Positions 38,330 through 45,961 of a stretch of DNA of 64,000 nt are shown in pieces. Below the pieces are notes generated by a model, which worked only from the letters and a program-made list of their open reading frames with translations, was not told where the DNA came from and ran no database searches. This stretch comes from a virus (taxonomy: Duplodnaviria; Heunggongvirae; Uroviricota; Caudoviricetes): the IMG/VR virus record IMGVR_UViG_3300044716_000631. One strand, 5' to 3'. A program made the position numbers and the translations under genes. Every line of letters begins with the position of its first letter. Position 1 is the stretch's first letter.

Positions 38330-38616
38330 TAGTCTCTCCGAGCATCATTCTTTCCATCAGCTCGAGCGATACGATCGAGATCCGGTTTTAGTCCAAGTGC
38401 CGAACTTACAACCGCATCCACGCGAATGATATCATGGTTCATAGTCTTGACGCGATTGTCAAGTCCCATGATGATACCTTGCATTCCTTTAATAGCCTTC
38501 ACAACACTTTCTAAAATATAATTAATGACGAAATACACGAAAACCCCACCGAGCAATGCAGCCGCGATGGGGAACCCGACATCAGCAATTAGTTTAAAAA
38601 TAGCGTCGTAGTTCAT
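38329..38616 (-). CDS. small TM protein, paralog A
   Basis: Paralog of 37911-38174; TATAAATA (minus) at 38624-38631 just upstream of ATG. Confidence 0.4.
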   Translation of the reverse strand: MNYDAIFKLIADVGFPIAAALLGGVFVYFVINYILESVVKAIKGMQGIIMGLDNRVKTMNHDIIRVDAVVSSALGLKPDLDRIARADGKNDARRD

Positions 38617-38638
38617 ACGATTCTATTTATAAGTTAGG

Positions 38639-38800
38639 TTACATCCATTCTAACTCATCAACGGTTCTGGCGTGACCTTTTTCAACTTCTCTGCGACGAG
38701 AAGATTGTTCTTTGACAACCGTTTTGTCGTTTTTACCAAGGCCACGAGCCCACTCGTACTTATTGAGCAGAAGGCCTTTATAACTCCAATACTCTTGCAT
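38639..38800 (-). CDS. small ORF (53 aa; not in ORF track)
   Basis: MQEYWSYKGLLLNKYEWARGLGKNDKTVVKEQSSRRREVEKGHARTVDELEWM. Confidence 0.25.
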   Translation of the reverse strand: MQEYWSYKGLLLNKYEWARGLGKNDKTVVKEQSSRRREVEKGHARTVDELEWM

Positions 38801-38933
38801 AAGATCTCCTAGATTGCTTTCATAAGTAGCTGATCAAACACTCGGTTCCAATAAGCCTTAAAGGCTGGATTTTGAGCTCGATCACGAGCTTCAAGAACAC
38901 TTTTCATACGACGATAAGCAACGGGATCAAATA

Positions 38934-39224
38934 TCATATAATAACTCCTACAATCAAAATACTAACAACAAACAAGTTAACGACAAACAATGGTTTGTCC
39001 TTCATGGCGATGGCAGCCCATCCCCAAAGACCAGCACCTGCAATAGAGATCAAAAGATCTGCAGTATGGAATTCGAAGGCTCTGCATGATGCGGCAATGA
39101 TAACACATGCCGTACCGAGCCATTTAATAGTTTCAAGGAAATTAGTCACGTTGATAATTCTCCAACAGAGTGAAGCCACATGAAGCGCAGCGATAAAGTT
39201 GACCGTTATATTCAAGAATGTCAC
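38934..39224 (-). CDS. hydrophobic membrane protein (96 aa)
   Basis: ORF with 3 TM segments; 5' end overlaps ORF 39142-39495, start uncertain. Confidence 0.3.
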   Translation of the reverse strand: MTFLNITVNFIAALHVASLCWRIINVTNFLETIKWLGTACVIIAASCRAFEFHTADLLISIAGAGLWGWAAIAMKDKPLFVVNLFVVSILIVGVII

Positions 39225-39495
39225 CGACTGACATTGAAGAAACGAGGCGAGTAACTTTTTGAACCTTATCGCTATTCCAAAGATTCATGTACTCAAAAGC
39301 TTTTTCCATATCATTGGTATCAACAGTAGCAACGTGAGTGTAGTGCTGGAAAAACTCGGCTTTAAAGCGCGAATCGAGCGAACGATCAAAGTATGCCTTA
39401 ATGCGAGGAGTGTAATAACCACCAGCATTGATGGTATCAATTTCTGCATCGGTAAGTGAGATTTGATAAACTTTAATCATAATTTTTTCCTTCAT
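39142..39495 (-). CDS. hypothetical protein (117 aa)
   Basis: ORF starting at ATG inside conserved promoter/RBS cassette (AAGGAATGAAGG). Confidence 0.45.
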   Translation of the reverse strand: MKEKIMIKVYQISLTDAEIDTINAGGYYTPRIKAYFDRSLDSRFKAEFFQHYTHVATVDTNDMEKAFEYMNLWNSDKVQKVTRLVSSMSVGDILEYNGQLYRCASCGFTLLENYQRD

Positions 39496-39508
39496 TCCTT
39501 ATATTATT

Positions 39509-39537
39509 AGTATAGTATATTTTCATAATAATGTACA
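39509..39537 (-). promoter_or_regulatory. early promoter in repeated cassette (TGTACA-N17-TATACT), PeSL-like
   Basis: Near-identical to cassettes at 22427-22455 and 47902-47930; adjacent stem-loop at 39545-39580. Confidence 0.45.
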
Positions 39538-39544
39538 TAAAAAA

Positions 39545-39580
39545 ATGCACCCAGAACGTGTCCGAGTGCATTTTTATTTT
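39545..39580. terminator. stem-loop with flanking A/T runs (weak bidirectional terminator / PeSL stem-loop)
   Basis: ATGCAC-15nt-GTGCAT followed by TTTTTATTTT; same stem at 47951-47976. Confidence 0.4.
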
Positions 39581-39596
39581 CAATAAAATGAAGGGC

Positions 39597-39767
39597 TTAG
39601 TCTTTTAGATTCTTTGCAGGCCGATAATGATAGTCATCGTGGATGTTTTCTCCCATGAAATTGACATCCATTTCGTTAATTTCCTTGAGAACGCGGTATC
39701 CAAGGTAGGAAAGGATTCCTACAACAGCTACGCTAGCAACTCCTGCAACTACAGTTTTCTTATCCAT
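39597..39767 (-). CDS. small TM protein (56 aa; not in ORF track)
   Basis: MDKKTVVAGVASVAVVGILSYLGYRVLKEINE...; ATG overlaps peroxiredoxin stop (AATGGATAA). Confidence 0.3.
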   Translation of the reverse strand: MDKKTVVAGVASVAVVGILSYLGYRVLKEINEMDVNFMGENIHDDYHYRPAKNLKD

Positions 39768-40365
39768 TTTCTTTTAGCCAGTTCAGAATGTTTTCTGGAG
39801 ATGTTTCACCATAAGGATCTGACTCACAGTTATCTTCGATGCCAGGTTCGATGAACCACTTTTCAATCTTACCATTGTTGACAACACACGCATAACGCCA
39901 AGAACGCTCGCCGAATCCAAGATTGTCCTTGTCGACACTCATTTTCATCTTGTGAGTAAACTTGGCAGATCCATCAGGAATCATTTTCACCTTCTTGATC
40001 TTTTGCTGCTTGGCCCAGCAGTTCATTACGAATGCATCGTTAACCGATACACAAAGGATGTCATCAATACCCAGTTCCTTGAAAGCCTTGAAGTTTTCTT
40101 CAAAGCCAGGAAGCTGATATGTCGAGCATGTAGGAGTGAATGCACCAGGAAGTGAGAAGAGAACTACACGCTTCTTAGCAAAGTAGTCAAACGTGGTCTT
40201 GTCTTCCCAGCGATACGGATTGTCTCCGCCAATTGACTCATCACGAACACGAGTCTTAAAAACTACGCTAGGAACAACAACAGGGAGTTCCTGTGTATTG
40301 TCATCATACTTGTTCCATGAGCGCTTAACAGCAATTGTTTCTACCATACTATATTTCCTTACCAA
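39760..40365 (-). CDS. peroxiredoxin (Prx5-like thiol peroxidase)
   Basis: Peroxidatic Cys motif FSLPGAFTPTCS. Confidence 0.7.
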   Translation of the reverse strand: MVRKYSMVETIAVKRSWNKYDDNTQELPVVVPSVVFKTRVRDESIGGDNPYRWEDKTTFDYFAKKRVVLFSLPGAFTPTCSTYQLPGFEENFKAFKELGIDDILCVSVNDAFVMNCWAKQQKIKKVKMIPDGSAKFTHKMKMSVDKDNLGFGERSWRYACVVNNGKIEKWFIEPGIEDNCESDPYGETSPENILNWLKENG

Positions 40366-40520
40366 TGATGGATTGCGTTTGCAATCAAAAAAATGTTTGC
40401 TATAACAGATTGAACAATAAGCAACGTCCGGATCAAAGCGACTCTATCAGACTCTCGATCACAAGGACTTGCTTTCTCACCTAAGGCTTTTGCCCAAATA
40501 CGCCACATAACTAACTCCAT
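40359..40520 (-). CDS. small hydrophobic protein (~53 aa)
   Basis: MELVMWRIWAKALG... internal start of listed ORF 40359-40556. Confidence 0.25.
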   Translation of the reverse strand: MELVMWRIWAKALGEKASPCDRESDRVALIRTLLIVQSVIANIFLIANAIHHW

Positions 40521-40804
40521 GAATAAAGGCGAAGTGGGTGGATTCGGATATACCACCAGTGCCCAGTCAATTTCCTATGAAATCTCAGCACACGACCCGT
40601 TTGCCGGTTGAGCGGGAGACCAATCCCCGAGTCTACTTTATCTCCACTGACAAGGAGATTATTCAGTCACACTTCTTACAGAGTCCGTCGACCCTGATAT
40701 CTATTTGCTCTGTGGGATCCACCCCCACGTACCAGCCCTCAATGGCCGGATCTTAGTTTAATTGCACGGACTACCGTGTCCCAGATCAAGAGCAAAACTT
40801 AAAT

Positions 40805-40911
40805 GAATGTAATGGCTACTGAGGTGTCGACTCGCTAGGTCGGTAATTTCGCTCTTTACGTTCCTATCTTCCCCCAAAAGCTTGGTCGCCACAGGAACTT
40901 CCATCACATTC
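40805..40911 (-). ncRNA. structured RNA element, copy 1 (unknown family), immediately 3' of tRNA-Asn
   Basis: ~105-nt element duplicated at 44490-44594; conserved core flanked by closing helix and internal hairpin that differ in sequence but keep pairing (GAATGTGATGG/CCATTACATTC vs ACACACTGG/CCAGTGTGT; CGAC/GTCG vs TGCC/GGCA); G-U pairs valid only on minus strand. Confidence 0.5.
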
Positions 40912-40915
40912 AAAC

Positions 40916-40990
40916 TGGCTCCTCAAGATGGATTCGAACCACCGACCAGGCGATTAACAGTCGCCGGCTCTACCGCTGAGCTATTGAGGA
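40916..40990 (-). tRNA. tRNA-Asn (GUU)
   Basis: Cloverleaf by eye; anticodon loop CUGUUAA; GGTTCGAATCC T-loop; encoded CCA. Confidence 0.8.
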
Positions 40991-41033
40991 ATAAACTCTT
41001 ATTTTCTTAGTCTACACTATATATTAATTAATG

Positions 41034-41228
41034 TCAACCAATATTTTTTAGTTCACTAAGAATTTCTTTATAATGACGAGCAAGAATTTCGCGAATATCT
41101 TGCTTCTGCTTTGGTGTTACGAATTGAAAATCAAAATATAGATTGCCATTCATCGAAGATTCGCCAGCTGCATTGCTAGCATCTTCTAGAAAATCGCTCG
41201 TGTGCATTTGTGATTTAGTAGTAATCAT
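41034..41228 (-). CDS. hypothetical protein (64 aa)
   Basis: ORF between tRNA genes. Confidence 0.3.
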   Translation of the reverse strand: MITTKSQMHTSDFLEDASNAAGESSMNGNLYFDFQFVTPKQKQDIREILARHYKEILSELKNIG

Positions 41229-41247
41229 AACAAACTCCTAAGAAAAA

Positions 41248-41324
41248 TGGAGCCCCCGACAGGATTCGAGCCTGTAACCTTTCGCTTCGTAGGCGAGTGC
41301 TCTATCCAGTTGAGCTACGGAGGC
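41248..41324 (-). tRNA. tRNA-Arg (ACG)
   Basis: Anticodon loop CUACGAA; good acceptor/T-arm; CCA encoded. Confidence 0.75.
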
Positions 41325-41329
41325 ATAAA

Positions 41330-41404
41330 TGGTACCGGATGACGGGATTGAACCGCCGACCCTCTCGGTGTAAACGAGACGCTCTACCGCTGAGCTAATC
41401 CGGC
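41330..41404 (-). tRNA. tRNA-Val (UAC)
   Basis: Anticodon loop UUUACAC; canonical arms. Confidence 0.75.
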
Positions 41405-41412
41405 ATTAAACT

Positions 41413-41495
41413 TGGTACGCCTAGAGGGACTCGAACCCCCACGCTTTCGCACTGGTACCTAAAACCAGCGTGTCTACCAATTCCACCATAGGCGC
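41413..41495 (-). tRNA. tRNA-Leu (UAG), type II
   Basis: 83 nt, long variable arm; anticodon loop UUUAGGU. Confidence 0.65.
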
Positions 41496-41496
41496 A

Positions 41497-41572
41497 TGGT
41501 GCCTTCGGACGGATTCGAACCGCCGACACCTGGTACTTCAGACCAGTGCTCTACCAACTGAGCTACAAAGGC
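41497..41572 (-). tRNA. tRNA-Phe (GAA)
   Basis: Anticodon loop CUGAAGU. Confidence 0.8.
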
Positions 41573-41795
41573 AAATAAAAACTCCTCAACAAATGCGTTT
41601 CCTAGGACACATAAGTTGCCGCCTGTCGTTTCAGGTCAGGACTTAAACCAGAGGTCGGAGTCAATGTAAGTGACCACCTGCAGTGTGCCTTGATTGCTTA
41701 CTTCCGGACGTTGCAATCTTCCCAGATAAAAACAATGTTGCAACAATGTTTTTATCACTTCACGGGTTCAGCCGAGGTGGTCTAGTGGCCTATAT

Positions 41796-41870
41796 TGGTG
41801 GAGGATAACGGGATCGAACCGTTGACCTTCTGCGTGCAAGGCAGACGCTCTCCCAGCTGAGCTAATCCCC
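41796..41870 (-). tRNA. tRNA-Ala (UGC)
   Basis: Anticodon loop CUUGCAC; acceptor GGGGATT. Confidence 0.8.
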
Positions 41871-42021
41871 CCAATATCTTTAAACACAATTTTAATATTC
41901 GAAACTTTATATATCTCTGCTAAAACGGTTTCATCTGTAAACGCCGCACGATTCAAAAGTGTATCGGACATAAACATTACACATTCTGCAGATTCGCTTC
42001 TCATATTCACATTTCTATCTT

Positions 42022-42096
42022 GGTGACACAGGATGGATTCGAACCATCGACTGATGGCGTATGAGACCATTGCTCTACCACTGAGCTACTGTGCCG
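42022..42096 (-). tRNA. tRNA-Met (CAU), elongator-type
   Basis: Anticodon loop CUCAUAC; G1-C72. Confidence 0.7.
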
Positions 42097-42103
42097 TTAT
42101 TCT

Positions 42104-42179
<76 letters not shown>

Positions 42180-42184
42180 TTAAA

Positions 42185-42262
42185 TGGTCGGGAATGTAGG
42201 ATTCGAACCTACGACCTCCTGCTCCCAAAGCAGGCGCGCTGACCAGACTGTGCTAATCCCCG
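42185..42262 (-). tRNA. tRNA-Pro (UGG)
   Basis: Anticodon loop UUUGGGA. Confidence 0.7.
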
Positions 42263-42311
42263 TTATATGCTATCTATATATACATTCTAAATTAAAGTAC
42301 ACAAAAAAATT

Positions 42312-42387
42312 TGGATGCCCCTCCAGGGCTCGAACCTGGACTTTTCGGAATCAAAATCCGACGTGTTGCCTATTACACCAAGGGGCA
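42312..42387 (-). tRNA. tRNA-Gln (UUG)
   Basis: Anticodon loop UUUUGAU; U1-A72 as in bacterial tRNA-Gln. Confidence 0.7.
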
Positions 42388-42394
42388 ATAAAAA

Positions 42395-42479
42395 TGGTGG
42401 GCCGGTGAGGTATCGATCCTCCCCCGCGAACGGATCAGATTTACAGTCTGACTGCCAGAGCCACTGGCTTTACCGACCC
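42395..42479 (-). tRNA. tRNA-Tyr (GUA), type II
   Basis: 85 nt with long variable arm; anticodon loop CUGUAAA. Confidence 0.65.
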
Positions 42480-42484
42480 AAAAA

Positions 42485-42560
<76 letters not shown>

Positions 42561-42570
42561 ATAAAATTAG

Positions 42571-42686
42571 ATTCTAGGCGATTGATAAGTGCACCTCTGG
42601 CTCGCCGAGGATCGAACTCGGTTATCAACTCTTAGCCTGTCGTGTACTTTGACAGGACTTCTTATCCACCGGTTCAGACCTAGAAT
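42571..42686 (-). ncRNA. unclassified structured element / degenerate tRNA-like sequence
   Basis: 8-bp closing helix ATTCTAGG/CCTAGAAT, perfect T-arm-like hairpin CCGAGTTCGATCCTCGG, 6-bp hairpin CCTGTC-9nt-GACAGG; no canonical cloverleaf found. Confidence 0.3.
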
Positions 42687-42839
42687 ATTCAAAACTGATA
42701 AACTACTGAAAAGTAGGCCTTTACACCATTAGACCAAGTCACTTTACTGCCTCTGTACTTTTTGTTCGGTACGAGAGGGGACTTTGGTAATGGAAGTAAA
42801 ATCCAATCTTCGTATTTCATAATATACTCTTTCAAAAAC

Positions 42840-42915
42840 TGGTGAACGATCTGGGGCTCGAACCCAGGACACACAGGTTAAAAGCCCGTTGCTCTACCTA
42901 CTGAGCTAATCGTCC
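42840..42915 (-). tRNA. tRNA-Lys (UUU)
   Basis: Anticodon loop CUUUUAA; acceptor GGACGAT identical to tRNA-Lys(CUU). Confidence 0.75.
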
Positions 42916-42923
42916 ATTAAACT

Positions 42924-43124
42924 TTAACCGATGTAGATCCGATACTCATCGGAATCTACTGGCGCACCTATAGTACGACGTTCGACATAGTAGCGCTGGA
43001 TGAACCGATCGCCATCACGAGTATACACACCGTGAGCAGTCCGTGCTTCATCTTCCGACGCATACACGCCAAGGAGCACCGAACCTTCGTAATCCCATTC
43101 ACCTAATAATGCAAAAACTTCCAT
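42924..43124 (-). CDS. small hypothetical protein (66 aa; internal start of listed ORF)
   Basis: MEVFALLGEWDYEG...; ATG overlaps upstream stop (TGATATGG). Confidence 0.35.
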   Translation of the reverse strand: MEVFALLGEWDYEGSVLLGVYASEDEARTAHGVYTRDGDRFIQRYYVERRTIGAPVDSDEYRIYIG

Positions 43125-43125
43125 A

Positions 43126-43269
43126 TCACATCTCCATAATTTCAAATCGAGCATCAAATGCATTATCCAATACTGCCACAAATTCATCATAATCAGCACC
43201 TGCTTCTTCGCAGGCTTTACGCATCAACCGAACCATGTCGGCAATCATTTCTTCGCGGCTGAGAATCAT
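43126..43269 (-). CDS. small hypothetical protein (47 aa; not in ORF track)
   Basis: MILSREEMIADMVRLMRKACEEAGADYDEFVAVLDNAFDARFEIMEM; upstream TGTACA-N17-TAGTAT promoter. Confidence 0.35.
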   Translation of the reverse strand: MILSREEMIADMVRLMRKACEEAGADYDEFVAVLDNAFDARFEIMEM

Positions 43270-43352
43270 AACCATTTCCTTTAGCTTATTATTCATACTA
43301 CCAAAGATTTGATAAAATGTACACTAAAAAATGCACGGTATGAAAAATAATT

Positions 43353-43430
43353 TGGTAGGGGTAGTGGGACTCGAACCCACACTGTGCGAATTTTAAGTCC
43401 GCTGACTCTAACCAATTGGCCTATACCCCC
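43353..43430 (-). tRNA. tRNA with anticodon UAA (Leu-decoding) but type I (short variable arm)
   Basis: Anticodon loop CUUAAAA; good acceptor and T-arm; only 5-nt variable region and 3-bp D-stem. Confidence 0.5.
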
Positions 43431-43431
43431 A

Positions 43432-43506
43432 TGGGGTGATCGACGGGTATCGAGCCCGCAACTCCGGATTCACAATCCAGCATGTATCCATTAACACCTC
43501 GACCAC
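43432..43506 (-). tRNA. tRNA-His (GUG) with encoded G-1
   Basis: Anticodon loop UUGUGAA; extra 5' G pairing with discriminator C. Confidence 0.7.
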
Positions 43507-43510
43507 CATA

Positions 43511-43596
43511 TGGCGGAACGTCAGGGAGTCGAACCCTGTCTACCCTAAGGTAGTACACCTTAGCAGGGTGCTGCATTACCGTCCTGCCCACGTTCC
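43511..43596 (-). tRNA. tRNA-Ser (GCU), type II
   Basis: 86 nt; anticodon loop CUGCUAA; long variable arm. Confidence 0.7.
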
Positions 43597-43602
43597 TAAA
43601 CT

Positions 43603-43677
43603 TGGTAGCCCGAAAGGGTTTCGATCCCTCTTCTCCGCTGTGAAAGAGCGGTGTCCTAGCCATTAGACGACCGGGCC
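43603..43677 (-). tRNA. tRNA-Glu (UUC)
   Basis: Anticodon loop CUUUCAC. Confidence 0.7.
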
Positions 43678-43678
43678 A

Positions 43679-43753
43679 TGGAGCGGGTGAGCGGATTCGA
43701 ACCGCCGACCACTTCGTTGGCAACGAAGAGCTCTACCACTGAGCTACACCCGC
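43679..43753 (-). tRNA. tRNA-Gly (GCC)
   Basis: Anticodon loop UUGCCAA. Confidence 0.8.
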
Positions 43754-43762
43754 ATTAAAATT

Positions 43763-43834
43763 TGGTTGCGGGAGGGCGAATCGAACGCCACCGAAAGGTT
43801 ATGAGCCTAACATGCTACCGTTACAATATCCCGC
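43763..43834 (-). tRNA. divergent tRNA-like gene with CAU anticodon (Met/Ile2/initiator candidate)
   Basis: Anticodon loop CUCAUAA; weak anticodon stem; possible C1-A72 mismatch; 72 nt. Confidence 0.35.
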
Positions 43835-43841
43835 GTTAAAC

Positions 43842-43915
43842 TGGTGCGGACATCGAGAATCGAACTCGAGACCTCTGGGTGGAAGCCAGATACGTTACCT
43901 CTACGCCATGCCCGC
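43842..43915 (-). tRNA. tRNA-Gly (UCC)
   Basis: Anticodon loop CUUCCAC. Confidence 0.75.
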
Positions 43916-43917
43916 AA

Positions 43918-44009
43918 TGGAGGAAGCGGTGGGATTCGAACCCACGGTACCCGCAAAGGTACGTCTGATTTCAAGTCAGGTGCTTTAAACCGCGCTCAGC
44001 CACGCTTCC
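43918..44009 (-). tRNA. tRNA-Ser (UGA), type II
   Basis: 92 nt; anticodon loop CUUGAAA; long variable arm. Confidence 0.7.
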
Positions 44010-44340
44010 CTATATTTCTAGATTTGTAGGTATCTAATTGAGAATCGCAGTTACTACAAACAAATCTAAGATTTTCTAATCGATTGTCATTATTGATTCC
44101 ATTTATATGATCAAGAATTAATGGCATTGGTTTACCATTCCATTCTGGACCTATACCACAACACCCGCAGTTATATTCAATTTTTTGATCTTGAATAATG
44201 CGTTTTTTGATATGGTGTCTGGCATATGTAGAATTTTCTACAAATACTTCATCATCAGGACGTCTAATAGAAGCATGATATTCTGTAAGAATACCTTTTT
44301 TACCTCTATTCCAGGGTGTAGAACCTTTTAATGCTGGCAT
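43996..44340 (-). mobile_element. HNH homing endonuclease gene inserted in tRNA array (~114 aa)
   Basis: Start at internal Met MPALKG of listed ORF; HNH core EWNGKPMPLILDHINGINNDNRLENLRFVCSNCDSQL; stop lies 14 nt inside 5' end of tRNA-Ser(UGA). Confidence 0.6.
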
Positions 44341-44405
44341 ATATTTTCTCCTCTGCTTATTTATAAGCATTGGTATTTCTAACATATGCAATCGATAAAA
44401 AAAAA

Positions 44406-44481
44406 TGGTGCGTCTAGTAGGCTCCGACCCTACGACCTCACCCTTATCAGGGGTGTGCTCTACCAACTGAGCTATAGACGC
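44406..44481 (-). tRNA. tRNA-Ile (GAU)
   Basis: Anticodon loop CUGAUAA; perfect 7-bp acceptor; unusual T-loop GUCGGAG. Confidence 0.65.
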
Positions 44482-44489
44482 AATATTAA

Positions 44490-44594
44490 ACACACTGGCT
44501 ACTGAGGTGTTGCCACGCTACCGGCAGTAATTTCGCTCTTTACGTTCCCATCTTCCCCCAAAACGCTTGGTCGCCACGGGAACTTCCAGTGTGT
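44490..44594 (-). ncRNA. structured RNA element, copy 2, between tRNA-Trp and tRNA-Ile
   Basis: See copy 1 (40805-40911); flanked on both sides by tRNA genes, so RNase P/Z processing would release it. Confidence 0.5.
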
Positions 44595-44627
44595 ATCTTA
44601 AAACTCTAACAATTTCAAAGAGCATTC

Positions 44628-44702
44628 TGGCGAGGGTGCCAGGATTCGAACCCGGATCGCAAGGTTTTGGAGACCTGCATGTTACCGTTACAACACACCG
44701 AC
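44628..44702 (-). tRNA. tRNA-Trp (CCA) candidate with acceptor-stem mismatches
   Basis: Anticodon arm CAGGU-CUCCAAA-ACCUU resembles E. coli tRNA-Trp; 5 of 7 acceptor pairs. Confidence 0.5.
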
Positions 44703-44708
44703 ATAACT

Positions 44709-44785
44709 TGGCGATCTAGAAGGGACTTGAACCCTCGACCTCTCGCGTGACAGGCGAGTGCTCTAACCAACTGAGCTACTAGACC
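44709..44785 (-). tRNA. tRNA-Asp (GUC)
   Basis: Anticodon loop CUGUCAC; preceded by TTGACA and TATAAATA motifs. Confidence 0.75.
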
Positions 44786-44795
44786 AATGAACTTG

Positions 44796-44836
44796 TATTT
44801 ATACCGTTCTACTACATTTTCGCAAATATGTCAACA
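44796..44836 (-). promoter_or_regulatory. overlapping early (TTGACA-N17-TAGAAC) and late (TATAAATA) promoter motifs upstream of tRNA-Asp
   Basis: Minus TATAAATA at 44796-44803, 12 nt before tRNA 5' end; TTGACA at ~44831-44836. Confidence 0.4.
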
Positions 44837-44843
44837 ATTATTT

Positions 44844-45296
44844 TTAGTTTAAATGTCGAACTGCGTGATCTGCGGCATGAGTAGCGGCGAATGCAGAAGG
44901 CTTAATCTTTGCATCCATACCAAGTGAACCTCTTACCCAACCAAGCGCTTCCTTTACAGCAACGTTTGACTTATGATTTGGATTTGGATTGATGTCCAAA
45001 TGGATTTCGAAGTGACGATCGCCGATTACATCAATAATCTCTGTAGCGGTTGATACGGCAAGCTGCACTTCCATTAGTAGACGCTGCTTCAAGTTACCAT
45101 AGTCAGGCATGTCGACAGAGGTGTGAAACAGTTGTCCACCCTTCTTCGAATCCATGTGGATAATTACCACAGTAGAATACTTAGCATACCACATCTTGTT
45201 CTTTCTGAAACGAATCGAGTCACAGCCAATGTAGACTGATGAATTTGGACTTGAATCTAGAATCGCCTGCTTTGCTTTTTCAATCATTGTACTCAC
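44844..45296 (-). CDS. hypothetical protein (150 aa)
   Basis: ORF between tRNA sub-clusters. Confidence 0.45.
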   Translation of the reverse strand: MSTMIEKAKQAILDSSPNSSVYIGCDSIRFRKNKMWYAKYSTVVIIHMDSKKGGQLFHTSVDMPDYGNLKQRLLMEVQLAVSTATEIIDVIGDRHFEIHLDINPNPNHKSNVAVKEALGWVRGSLGMDAKIKPSAFAATHAADHAVRHLN

Positions 45297-45302
45297 TCAT
45301 TA

Positions 45303-45380
45303 TGGAGTCACGAGCGGGATTCGAACCCGCGGCTTTCAGGTTTTGCAGACCTGTGCATTGGACCACTCTGCCACCGTGAC
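45303..45380 (-). tRNA. tRNA-Cys (GCA)
   Basis: Anticodon loop CUGCAAA. Confidence 0.7.
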
Positions 45381-45385
45381 ATTAA

Positions 45386-45685
45386 TTATGGATGCTTCCA
45401 AACAACTTTGCGTTGTGATTTGGCAATCCGTTTTGTTTCTTTCGCGCGATCATAGAAGTCAATCCAGCTATCATACTGTTTCATCGCAGCTTCTTTAGCA
45501 AATTCCAAAGTTGGAAACGTATTTGAAGGATACGCACGATTTGCAGATGGATAGTTCTTTATAAGCGACCAATTATCCAGGAACGGTAAGAAACGATAGG
45601 TGCAGATCGCATACTCTGCAATAAACCCATCCTTCTCATTACCACGAACACGTACTTTTACACCGTAAGGAACTTTCTCAAACAT
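45386..45685 (-). CDS. hypothetical protein (99 aa; internal start MFEKVPYG of listed ORF)
   Basis: GGAG RBS 8 nt upstream of ATG at 45685; N-terminal extension of listed ORF not preceded by RBS. Confidence 0.4.
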   Translation of the reverse strand: MFEKVPYGVKVRVRGNEKDGFIAEYAICTYRFLPFLDNWSLIKNYPSANRAYPSNTFPTLEFAKEAAMKQYDSWIDFYDRAKETKRIAKSQRKVVWKHP

Positions 45686-45799
45686 AATATATTCTCCAAA
45701 ACAAAAATAATACCATTTTTTGAGCTCACTACCGTCTACCATCATGGTCGGGGTGGTTACCTGACACCGTCGTGGTGCTGGCGTAGTGAACTCAAAAAA

Positions 45800-45875
45800 T
45801 GGTACTCCCGGAGGGACTCGAACCCCCAACCTAGCCCTTATGAGGGGCCAGCTCTAACCATTGAGCTACAGGAGT
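45800..45875 (-). tRNA. tRNA with CAU anticodon (Ile2/initiator/Met candidate), A1-U72
   Basis: Anticodon loop CUCAUAA with three C-G pairs in stem; T-loop UUCGAGU. Confidence 0.6.
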
Positions 45876-45877
45876 AA

Positions 45878-45954
45878 TGGTGATCCCGGTAGGACTTGAA
45901 CCTACGACCCCAAGCTTAGAAGGCTCGTGCTCTATCCAGCTGAGCTACGGGACC
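45878..45954 (-). tRNA. tRNA-Arg (UCU)
   Basis: Anticodon loop CUUCUAA. Confidence 0.75.
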
Positions 45955-45961
45955 ATAACTA

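Noticed and set aside
40557-40915. Possible tmRNA, RNase P RNA or group I intron in the non-coding stretch before tRNA-Asn
   Set aside because: None of the three fits. There is no tRNA-like 3' domain or tag ORF ending in ALAA. The P4/CR-I-type RNase P motif GGAAAGUCCGG is absent. The element is too short for an intron. It is reported instead as an unclassified structured RNA.
41768-42070. ORFs 41768-42070, 42689-42874 and the N-terminal extensions of 43996-44493 and 45386-45829
   Set aside because: They translate straight through tRNA genes. Only the tRNA-free downstream portions with their own RBS were kept.
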